Positions 1 through 11,959 of a stretch of 64,000 nucleotides of DNA are shown piece after piece. Each line of letters opens with the position of its first letter. Position 1 is the first letter of the stretch. The position numbers and the translations under genes were made by a program. The notes below the pieces were generated by a model, which was not told the origin of the DNA, did not search any database, and saw only the letters and a list, made by a program, of their open reading frames with translations. The stretch spans positions 26,102,001-26,166,000 of the forward strand of contig CM120642.1 of NCBI GenBank assembly GCA_051362555.1. Direction: 5' to 3'. Source of the stretch: Lingula anatina. Taxonomy: Eukaryota; Animalia; Brachiopoda.

Positions 1-3000
1 TTGGACTGTCCAGTGTTTCCTTGGCTGCGTCCATCTCCAGCATGAGTTCAATGCAATCCATGCCTAGCACATCACTGTCGGAGCGCAGCATTTCTCGCAA
101 CTCCCAGAGCCCAGCCATGTCTGACAGCGGAGTGTCTGTGGACACTGGCAGCAGCGGCAGTGGAAGCAACACTCCACTCATAAATCTTGCCGCACTGGCC
201 AAGTTGGGCACTGTTAGTGTCAATAACTTAGGTGGGTTGATAGATTTTTTGTACGGTAAACATTTGAAGACAATTAGTTTGGCAAAAACTTATCATAAAG
301 AGTATGCTAGGTGATTTAAAGTATACATTTGTTATTAACAGTTTTTATGAAACCCTGAATGACAGGCTTCTTTTTCCCTTTCACTGGTTTTTTTATGCCT
401 AAGTAATTTGTGTGTATATCTTCTCAGGTCAAATTACCCTGAATGGTCAAGTGGTTCCTGGGCTCAACGTGAACAACGTGACTGGACTTCCTGGTCACTC
501 AGCTGTGGGACTGGCCGCCAGGGGGACTTCACAGATTGGACAAGGAGACACTGGTGAGAGATACCATTGAACTTTATTTTGATTGGCATGTTTTCAAGGC
601 CCTTTTCTCAAAAATGTTTTTTACTGAGACATATTTTTAGTAATTTGTGTTAATTTTTTTTCAACTGGTCATCAGTATTGGAAAACCTGATTTAGTATTA
701 CAAAGATTTGTTGGTGGGAAATGTTGAAAACTATGTCATTGTAATAGATAAGGGTACTTCTTTGATCTTGATTTTGTTGGTTGCTTCTTTGTTGTCTTGT
801 TATTTCAATGTTTTACTTACATGTTATTGTTTGGAAACCCAAGTCACATTTGTTACATTGGGTTCTACCTCTAACCAATATTCAAGTTTGATGATACCCT
901 CATGCTTAAAATATTAAAGGGTGCTTTTAACCTGAAATATTGGTACATTTTCTTGCAAGTTTTCCTGTGTTACCAAACAGGATGCTCAAATACAAGGACA
1001 TTTAAGCATTCTGAAAACTAGTGTTATCATATAATTGTAAAAGTTTTTTGTGGCTTTGTTTGTTGCGTTTATTGTTAAATACTAGAACGGAACATTTATG
1101 CTGGTTGGAACAAAACAAAAAAATCCATGCCAGGAACATCTGCCTACATGATAATAACATCAACATGTTTGTGTAACATTTGTGAGGGCGCTCTGTCTGT
1201 GTCCTTGACGCTTGTCCCAAATTATTTTGGTGTCTGGTCGCCACCTGCATCAGCACTCTCTTGTCATTCTCTATAATGCATGATAACACAGGTGTTTAAA
1301 GTTCTGAATTCCAGATTTTAAGCTGAAAGTTAAAAGTGTACTTGTTTTTCATGTATCCATAGGTTCTGGTGTTGGCCATTTTGAACAGCAAACGAGTGGC
1401 CAGGGGTCCCGTTCTAATTCCCCACATATAGACAACCTCGCGAACATTCTGAGTCAGCTTACACCGCAGCCCAACAGTTTTGACCCGGCCCTTCTTGGCA
1501 GTGCAACCTCTGGTGGGGGTAACTCAAATCTCTTCTTGTCTGGTTTAGGCCTGCCACCCCCTCTCCCCGGGGGGATGATGCACCCACCTCCATCCACCCC
1601 AACTGGACTGCCATCGTCCAATTCGTCGGGGTCGCGTTCCACCACCCCAAGTCTTGAGAACTTGGCTGGGTTGCTCTCACCTTCGCCCCAGTTGAACGGA
1701 CTTGGGGCTTTTGGAAACCCCCTCGGCCCAAACTCTGGCCTAGGAAATGTGATGGCCCAGCCACCAGGTAGGTTTTCATGGCCTGGAGATTTGTACCCCC
1801 AATTGTCGTTACGTTAAATGCTAACATTTCAAGTTAAGGTTGTAAATTTATTTGTTAAAATACTAAAAAATATGTTTTGTTGATTAGAACTAACATTTAC
1901 ACACGTGAAATTATGATTTCATTAATAAGCATACAATGGCTAAGCTTCACATTTGAAAGCTTGCTACAATGCAGCCAACTTTGTCAGAAGAAAATGCTCT
2001 TGTATTATAAGTGTGGAAAGGTTTGGCAAATGTTTTTGAAAAAAAAAAGACTTTTGTTGGCTTCATGAATCTGATGACTGCTGTAAACAATGAGGAATGC
2101 GTATACTTAGAAATACTATTTCCAGGAATACCTATCACTGGTAATGGGGGCGGTGCTGGATCTGGCGCTGTTAACCCTCACCCACCTTTTCCTGTCAGAG
2201 CTTCGGGGAAGATGTCTGCTATGCAAATAAGGTATGTACAGGTTGAGAATGAACTAAGGTAGCATAAGGGCCAGATAACTTTTTTCAGAGTTCAGTTACT
2301 AACTGACTAATCTGTACATTTATTTCTCTGGTTGAGAGACTCCTTAGACAATCCAGCTGTCGGTGCGTCTTGCTATACTTTCTCTAATGATGATGCAAAC
2401 TATTCCCTACATACGGTGTACACGATATATGTCACATTAACTAGACACCTTTACACAATAAAACAGAGACGGATTTTAATTTTAACAGAGAGATGAAGCA
2501 AAAGTGACTTTTACGTTTGAAAACATCCTCTGAAACTTGATTAGAGATTCTGGTTATATGGTTTTATTCAGATACCTAAAATTCACCAATTTTTTGTATA
2601 ATTTGATTAAAAATAAGAAGTTTCTGTAATATAGTTTGGTCATGAAATCACCACCATGGCAGAGCCATAAGATTTTTTTAAAAATACTAAAATTAAAAAT
2701 AACAATTTGACTGATGCCATCATCAGTATTATTTAGTCACAGACCTCAACTTTTCACTTACTAGACTAAGTTGCAATAAGTTGAGACATGAATAACAAAC
2801 AAAGTATGAATTTAAAGTAGGGATATTAATAGATATAATAATAGACAGTAAATATTTTCCTTGGCTACAGTTGCCATAGTTATAAACCAAAACCACTTAT
2901 GTTCAGCATAACCAAAATATGTGTTGATATTACCACAGAAACCCAATTTGTGCTATCTGAACCTCAGTGTGTCTGGACCACACTGGTGGGACAATGTGAT

Positions 3001-5451
3001 ATAGGTTGGCAGTTGAACTGCAAGAAATTGTTGACCACAACCTGTCTGCGGTCTGCTAGCCCTGAAGTGTAGATGAGGTTATTTGATAATGTGATAGTTT
3101 TTTTTTTTTTTTTTTTTTTATGCATTGTATGTCCAGTCATGTTATATGTGGCTTAAATGCAATGTTGGACTTTCTTATTTGCTTATTTTCTGTATTGGTG
3201 CGATGGTTTGTACATAAATGTTGAAACTACTCCACCAGCTTGGGTCTATGGATTAATGTAAAATTAAAAGAAAAAGAAAAAAAAACAGTTGCATTTATAT
3301 CATCCTTTCTAGGTGCAAGTTTGGTCAGCTTGGGCCAGGCAAAGGGCAGTTCAATTCTCCTCACGGATTCTGTCTTGGAGCAGACGAAGACATTGTTGTG
3401 GCTGACACAAACAATCATCGCATACAAGTATTTGAGAAAACTGGCGAATTCAAATACCAGTTTGGCATACCAGGTTAGTGGGCCAGCATAATGATTCTTT
3501 TCAATTGATGGAAATTGTTGATTTTACAGATGCTGTACTTTTTCAAGGCCATAAATTCTTAAGATACGAATGTTCTGATTGAGGGGTAGCAAAATAGGAA
3601 AGCAGGCTATCTTATCGATGTGTTCAGTACCATGTAAGCACTGTAAATACTGGATAGAATATATGATTTTTGATGATTTTGAAATTATTTATCTAAAAGG
3701 TTGATAATTTTTCCCCATTGTTAAGATAAATGCACTTCACTAAAATATTTGTCAACAAATAATAGTGTGTAAAGTAAGACCTTTTATAAATAAACTGCAG
3801 TATGCAAAAGTGTTAATCTGAATCTTTCCCTTTCCCCCACAGGAGATAGTCTGCTAGTTGGCTATGCACTGAACATATATATATATTTGCTCTGGCATAC
3901 TTTGGATGACAATTTTGATAACATACTGTCATACACAGTTCACTTACTCTAGCCTGAAAGTGAATGCAGATATCCTTCAGAATTTACATAACTGCTCAAA
4001 AGATGATATATTGACCTGCAAGAGTAAAGACTGTTTATCATTGCAGTCACCATTTATATTAACCTCCGGAGCTATGACATATGCTTGCTATGTGCTTCTG
4101 TGATTAGAATAATAAATTTGGTGCCTGTGGCTGAAAGATGATAAAATTTTGCATTCAGGGCGTGAAGAAGGTCAGCTGTGGTACCCACGCAAGGTCGCTG
4201 TCATGCGCAGCACTGGAAAGTATGTCGTTTGCGACCGAGGCAACGAGCGTTCGCGCATGCAAATATTCACCAAGAGTGGGCACTTTATCAAGAAGATTGC
4301 CATTCGATACATTGACATTGTTGCGGGATTGGCCATAACCCAACAAGGTTAGAGAATATTAATTGCAACTGTCTTCTTAGTATTATGAACTGAACATTGA
4401 TATCCACAGAGATGTAGTTGTATTGATGTAAATCTTTATTTATTTATTTATTGTATATCAATTATTTTACAATCTGAGTTAATGAAAATAATAGATTTTT
4501 CAAATAGTTGGTATTTATTTGTCTGAATTGATTGAAACAAATATTGTGTCAATGATTGTGTCAATGAATGAGGACGTAAAGTTTACAAAATACTGACGTC
4601 TTTTTTAAATGTCCATTAATAGCCATCCTTTTAAAAATGTTGCATTTATTTTATCTACAGGCTACATAGTTGCTGTGGACAGTGTGTCTCCCACTGTGTT
4701 TGTGATTTCTGAGGGCGGGGATTTGGTGAAATGGTTTGATTGCAGTGACTACATGAGAGAGCCCTCGGACATTGCCATCAGCGGCAAGGAGTATTTTGTT
4801 TGTGACTTCAAGGTGAGGTTTTCTCAGTGGTTAAGTAAGCTAAGATTTATATGATGTGTAGATATTTTGTGGATGTTAGAGAGAGAGAGTTGCCTTGAAA
4901 AGAAAATTTCTTTGATCATTTTATGGGTTTCAGTGGAATTTTTTTGAAAGTATAGCATGGAATTGTCATTTCACAACTTTTTCCCTGATAATATCCTTGC
5001 CTTTCCTCAAATAATTTTACCATCTCTGTTTTTTGTAATTAAAAAGAGTTAAGAGGTGCTTTGTATGTTATTGTAATTATACAGGATTGAAATGAAAGCG
5101 GTTTATGTACTTTAAGTTTAAGGTGATTTGTTTCTACTTAAGGGTCATTGTGTGGTGGTGTTTAATGAAGACGGCCAGTTCATGCGTCGTATCGGTTGTG
5201 AGAACATCACCAACTACCCCAACGGAATTGACATCAGTGATGCCGGCGATGTCTTGGTGGGAGATAGCCATGGCAACCGTTTCCATGTGGCAGTGTTCCA
5301 GCGCGATGGCTCTCTTATTGGCGAATTTGAGTGCCCCTATGTCAAGGTCAGCCGCTGCTGTGGATTGAAGATCACCTCCGAAGGATATGTGGTAACCCTG
5401 GCCAAGAACAACCACCATGTTTTGGTTCTGAATACCCTGTACATTACTTAA
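1..5451 (+). CDS. mei-P26: TRIM-NHL protein, mei-P26/NHL-2 type (3' part; gene starts upstream of window)
   Basis: Phase-consistent GT-AG exons: <1-231, 428-553, 1363-1767, 2126-2231, 3313-3473, 4159-4347, 4661-4812, 5143-5451 (TAA). A Ser/Gly/Pro-rich linker is followed by NHL repeats ([23 protein letters not shown]...LWYPRKVAV...[14 protein letters not shown]...[33 protein letters not shown]), closely matching the Drosophila Mei-P26 NHL domain as recalled. Confidence 0.9.
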
Positions 5452-5736
5452 AGCAAGGATTTTACTGTGTTTTTTATTCAGTTTGTTGATTATTTGATTT
5501 TTCGGGATGGGGAACTTTTTGTATAGGTTTACATTTTGCTTCCAGGCTTGTGGAAAGTTTTTGGAAGTTGATAAGCATAATCCACGGTGGCTGCATGGTG
5601 TGCAGCTCCCTTTAGCATTGTGAACTGTGAGCGAATAAGGAAAAGCTGGTAAACTTGCAAATGATTAGTCCTTGGTACATGATATAGCTAATTGGTATCA
5701 AGGTTAGCAATTGGATAACAAAATCCAATTTATGAG

Positions 5737-5773
<37 letters not shown>

Positions 5774-8700
5774 TAGAATCAGACGGTGACAGAATGTTTA
5801 TTTACTCCTATTATGATAATATACTACCTTTATGATCTCTAAAGTTTCTTTACAGAAGCTACGAAACAAAAAATTGACTTTACTAACACTTTGTATACAT
5901 ACATATAACTAATCTGGACTTCTACAAATCATTCTGTTGATTATTATTATTAGAGGTTCTATGTTCTAATTTTATGTTTGTATTATTTGCTTACTCATTT
6001 ACATTACATATTATATATTACTCCAGTTTTCAAAAAGTTTAGGTAGATGCATATACAAAGAAAAAACAATGGAGACACTGGTGCAATGGAGTATTCTGAT
6101 ATTCAGGCCATATTATTCTAGTGTACATTACATTGGGGTTAAGGACCGAGTCTCAGCTGTTTCTATGAGCATTCAACTGATGTGTTTCTGTTCATTATCA
6201 AAATAAAGCATAAAGTTTGTAATTGGGTCAAGGCTAAAAAGTCGGCGTACAAACCTTTATTGATGTTTAATTAGTCTTGATTATAGGGCAGCATATGTAG
6301 AGTTTTCTATTGATACATCAGTTAAGACGCGTATGAAATGTACCAAAATTTTACATTCATTTATGAGTAGGAAGACAAAAATTGCTAAAAGTGTTTAAGG
6401 GATATGTATTTTGATTGTTTTACCTTGTGTCAATAGTGTACTGTGATCTACCACTGCTGAGGGTACTTCTTATGGCTCTGCACTGCCCCATGGCTGGGGA
6501 ACTGATAAAAAATAGAACATGAAAACATCTTTTTAAGAAATACTGATATACAAAAAGGTTGAGAAGGATTCCACATGAACACTTAGAAAGAATTTATATA
6601 TATCTTTTATGTAAATACATACCATGTGTCAGTATGTTGAAGTCAAAAATGTTTGGTAAGCAAAAACATTGGCACAAAAAGTATGAATGGAAATCGGAGG
6701 ACCTTGATTATTTTTACCTTGCTTGGTTGAGGTCTAAATTTATTTTTTGATTTAGTATATAGATAAAAGTCTGTGATAACACAAAGAAGTAGCTTAGTTA
6801 ACTACCCATGTTCTCTACTAAAAAGCATTTACTTCAAAATATGCTTCCCTTGTAAAGTGCAGTTGCCATATTTAAAGGTGCTAATTGTTTCATATTAACT
6901 ATGCACAAAACAATCAAATAACTTTTGTTTTAATATAAATTCTCAGGATGTGATGTTTCTCACATTTTGTTTTTGTTTTTTTTTTTATTATTATAATTAT
7001 CATGATTATTTATTTATGACAATTGATCACTTTTTGTCTAACATTTTTCAAATCTTTTGTCAGTTCGGGTGAAGAAATCAGTCCTAAGTTGTTTTCTTGA
7101 GACTGAAATAAGGTACTACTTCTTCAGAAACTGATTCATCATAAGCTTGGCATTCAAAGTATGTCATGTCTTCAATAAGATTTGAGTGCCACTGAAATAA
7201 TATTACAAATATATATATAGATTTATCAAACCAGAGATTTTGGAAGGGGGTAGATTCCAAAACAACTTGTCATTAAAACTGAATTCATGATGTGCTATTT
7301 TTGCTATGAAATTTTGTTAATTTTTTTGTTCTATTAGATATTAACAAATTGAAGCCCATGCTTCATCCATGGGGCAGTGTTGGAGCCATTCCTTCTTTAC
7401 GTATACAAATATATTATAATTATATGTTATACTCAGCACACTACGTGAAGTACCTAAACGTGTTTTGAAAGTTTAGAAAAATTCTTGCCTAATAGGGCGA
7501 AGCTACTTATGCAAGGGGGATGTTTATATATTAAAGTTTGTGGTCTCTGTTCTGCTGTGCATCCATATAATGCAGTGTTGTGCCAAGAAGGAAAATTCAC
7601 TTCTGGCTGTGACTTTATTATTATTATTATTATTTTTTTTTTTTTTTTATTATTTTTTTTTTTTTTATGTTGAAATTTGCTTAGTTATGTGGATAGCACA
7701 ACATTATTTGAGAACCACAGAATATGCTCAGTATCTAGTCACTACAGCATGACCAACAATTTGGATTATCGTTGTGCCTTAAGTTAACTTTTATATAGTG
7801 TTTTATGATCTGCTTTTTTCATTGTACGTATATACACTTATACATCCATAGACAGTTTATTTTTCAATTTTCATCATTGATTAACAGTATTTGAGCAATA
7901 ATCCTTTACATGTTTAATAAGACAAAGGGAGAAAGTGATGTTTACAAAAAAATATTGCAGCCATATTGGATCTTGGTTCAATTGACTTACAACATGCACA
8001 CCTGAGATTTGGCAGTTTTTGTTTAGTTTTATTCAGTTTTTGGCTGTGTGATTTTAAAGGGTTTTTTTCCATCAGACATAGCTCAGCTTTTTTATATGCC
8101 GGAGTAATGTTTGACTGGTATTACAATTTCATCCAACCGTTTAGTTGGATGAAGCATTTTTGTTTGTTTGTTTAAATTCAATGATGCTTAGATTAATTAG
8201 ATTTTTTTTTTAAATTAAGATGTTTGCTTTAAAGAAATAGATAGTGTTGTTATTATACTTGCTTGAAAATGCTCTACACTTATTGGGCTGTTCCATTTTC
8301 AAGGTTCAACTCTCAATGTGATTTCTATATATATATATTTTTTGCTTTTTGTTGAATTTGATAATCAAGTCTTTAACTTTATATATATAACATAGCCATA
8401 ATGCTTGCTGCCCATGGAACCTTCCGAACCAAGTTGAACCTGGGAAGTGGAACCCCAATTTAGTGTCTAACTGACTCATAATTTCTAGTTGCCCACCAAG
8501 ATAGTCTGTAAATGAATGTTGCAGAAACAATATTATAGAATCGATGGTGCTCCCTTTTGAGCAAAGGTTGAGGTTGGTGGTAGGGAAGGTTGCTAAGGCA
8601 TAAAATTTATACAGAGAAAAAAAACTCTTCATTGCAAGCAGAGAATTAGAATTCAGTGTTTTTAGACGACAATCTTTCTGTTGCGTTAACTTAGCCTAAC

Positions 8701-11090
8701 AACGAATGATTATAAGGTTTATGGTTATAATATATATTATGATTTACATTTTTCAGCTTATGTTATGAATAAAGTAATTTTTTTCAAAGCACAATAAGTA
8801 TTAAGAAAAAAAAAGGAAAAAATTATTAAAAAATCAAAGAAAAAAAAAAAGAATATATGGGCAACATTATTGAAGGGTTGGGTTAAATATTTGTACATTT
8901 ACTGCATTTAATGATTTTTCTCCCAGGATGCCAGAATGATTCTTTTTTCAAGATTCGCCAGCGAGTGATTTTTCTCGCAGTGTGCAGAGGGTACTGATTG
9001 TGACATGTCTATTATCATTGTATTATTATGACATTTATAGCTAGTATAGGTTTATCTTATTTAGAGCTCAGAAGAGAAGGTTCTAATCATACGGAGGGGT
9101 GTTGGTAGAATCCAGGTTGAACTGCTTTTGAATATGCTCCCTCATGTATTTTAAAATGCCACGCAGTTAGTCTTGTGTTTTTCTTCCCAAGGGCTAAGGC
9201 TGTCCATCTTGTGGGGGCACATTCAAGGCGGATACCTTGGACTAGTTCTGTGCCTTGACGTAGTAACTGTTGCCAGTCTTTCCAGCTTTAAGTCATTGCT
9301 TTGTATTGTATTGTATTGAATTGTATCGGATATTCTATATGTATACATTTAAATGTGTTAATCTGTGAATGTCAGGGAGAGGGATTTATTTTATTTTATT
9401 ATTAATCTATTTTTTTAACTGGCACAGTTACTGAGACAAGGCACAGTTTTAGTTAAAAAAAAAGAAATATTTACTGTGAGAGAAATATGCACCATATTAT
9501 CGACTATTGAAGCCGTAGGTCTCTGGGGTGTTATATTGTTGGGGGATGTTGGAGGGTGGTGCTTACAGGTTGTATAGACATTGAATTTTTCCTTTATAGT
9601 CATTTTAGCAGGTATTTAACCTTTTTCTTGGTGTTAGTCTGACTTGAGTAGATCTTTTGTTGACTGTAATTTAGCAGCGTTACTAATTTCTTTCATTCAG
9701 CTTTCTTCAGTATTTAGATTTACAGAGAGAAAATTCCTTCTGACGTCATCAGTAGAACACTGAACAATGTGAAAAATAGGTGTTTTTCTTTTATTTGGTA
9801 TTATGTATTCCTTTATTATTTTTGAAATACTTTACTATTAATTACACTTTTCATATACAATTATATATTTGATGATATTTTGCAATGTTATTTTTTCTAA
9901 TGTTCACAGAATGCATTGGTGATTCCCTGCAGAGCTAAAGATAAAAAGAATTTATTGTGAAATCAAACAGCTCAGCATTTTCAACTTTTGAACTTTTTGC
10001 AGACTAATTGCAAATAATTCCATGTTGTTTACTTTATCAGTCCAGGTATAAGATAGATTTACATGCAAAAGAAAAAAAGCAATGGAGATTTACCTTTTTT
10101 CTTGTTTTTTTGAATGTTGATATATTTTGAGTGTTTACAGTTACATTGGCCTGTGCAGGATGTGAGGCCGTTTTCGCCCTTTTCAAATTAATATGCTTAT
10201 GATCAGAACCAAAAAGTAATCATATTTTATTTGAAGTGGTTTGTTAACCTATATCCTATAACATTTATTAATGGCATATTAGCTTTTTTGCCATCTGTAA
10301 ACAACATAGTCTCAAGTTATGGGTGTATGGTGTTCTACACTGTTGAAAATATATGAATTTAATAACTGGTATATTGATATTATTGAGTAATTGTTATTTA
10401 ATCATAGAGTACACAGGTAATGATGTCACATGTGAAGAGTGGAGGAGTTCCGGTGACCTTTTTCAATGTAAAGAATACAAATTACTAAAAGCATGCAATG
10501 GAGCTTAAGAAAGGTGAAGGTGAGGACTGTGTAAGAAAATCGAGGCATGATGACAAATTCATCTTTCGTCCTGTTCAAAGCATCTCCCCACTTGTGACCC
10601 TGTGACATCACTGCCCTCTAGAATTTAAGCAAGGTTTAATAGTTGAGTTTTTAAGGTATGCTCAGCAAGATAAGGTGTGCAGGATCCTAGACGGTTACAT
10701 TTTAAATATTTGGTGGAATAACAGTATAAATTTGAGGTTGATCTCAAAAAGTTGTTTGAGCAATTTTAACAAGCAAATAGCTTTTCAAGTTATTCTTTAA
10801 AATGTGCTTTGCAAGTTTGAACCAACGTTTTAAAGATTAAACAATATATTCAGTTTTGATTTTAACATTTTAATACATCAAAACTTGAGTCGTGTGCAAT
10901 TGCTTCTTGTTTTCAAGGAAAAGCACAAGAAATTGAACTCAACTAATTTGCTTATACACTCTAGGATCTTGTTCTGCCTGACAAGCTAGGGCAAATTGGT
11001 TCCATTTGGTAAGAGTATTTTTGGATGATGACGTACAGACATTTGGATGAGTTCTATATGTTCAATAAATTGTATTGTATTTGAGTGTTG
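5452..11090 (+). other. Probable long 3'UTR of the mei-P26-like gene
   Basis: No credible ORF or transposon; U-rich tracts (T29 at 5740-5768); AATAAA at 6202, 8768 and 11064, the last followed by a GT-rich stretch (tgtattgtatttgagtgttgtgttgttgtt). The extent is inferred. Confidence 0.55.
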
Positions 11091-11838
11091 TGTTGTTGTT
11101 ATTTGCCCTCCCCATCGTGTTTTTTTTTAATAATTCATTTATGATAATTAAGATAAAAAGAAGACCAAAACTGAAATCATTGCTGAAACAAATAAAACAT
11201 CTAAAATTTCTTGTATTAGCAGTTTATGATACTGTACATAGCATCTAATAATAAAACGAATCCCATAGATAAATAATAAATATTTAAAAAGTTTTTTTTT
11301 TTTTCTCTTTTCCTACAAAAGCACTTACACTGAATTAAAAATACTCTTGATTTTAGTCAACAAACCTAATCTCTTGAGTGAAATACACAAGTGTCAGTCC
11401 TTGAACACTTGGTTCTCCTAAAGGTGTAATACAGCACCAATATTTTTCTTTGCCAAGATTGTCCATTTTGCATATGTTGGTCACGTAGAGATAACAAAAT
11501 TTGCATTAAAAAGCTAGAATGACAACTACCGAATTCAATGTGTCATTTTCGAAGTCATGCTTGTATGAAAATAGGTTGTTCACAAACTAAGGTACATCCA
11601 GTTGAATTTACTTAATGCTAGAAGCAACGGTCAAGAATATTTTGCAATCTTCTCACACTGAGCAAGTCCTTGTATCACTGGGATCCCAGTTGGCTATCTG
11701 CTACCTTAGGACTTGATGTCTCTTTCAAACTGACAAAATGCGCACTTTTTTCAACATCATCAGTCTTAAGACTTTTAAATTAATCTTTGGCACACCAAAC
11801 TCCGTCCATGTATTTGGTACTTCCTCAAATTCTTTCAG

Positions 11839-11959
11839 CAAAATTTTCAAACTATCTTTAAAAATCATCAATCCCGACAAAGATTAATGAATTCATTGGC
11901 AAAATTTTCAAACCATTTTGTATCATCAATCCCGACAAGGATTTTTGAATTCATTGGCA
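11839..11959. repeat. Imperfect ~59-bp tandem duplication spanning the SGCB stop codon
   Basis: caaaattttcaaac...atcatcaatcccgacaa.gatt..tgaattcattggc occurs twice in tandem. Confidence 0.8.

Noticed and set aside
2380-2540. Possible intronic C/D snoRNA (ATGATGA ... CTGA)
   Set aside because: No terminal stem or recognisable rRNA guide; the box spacing is unconvincing.
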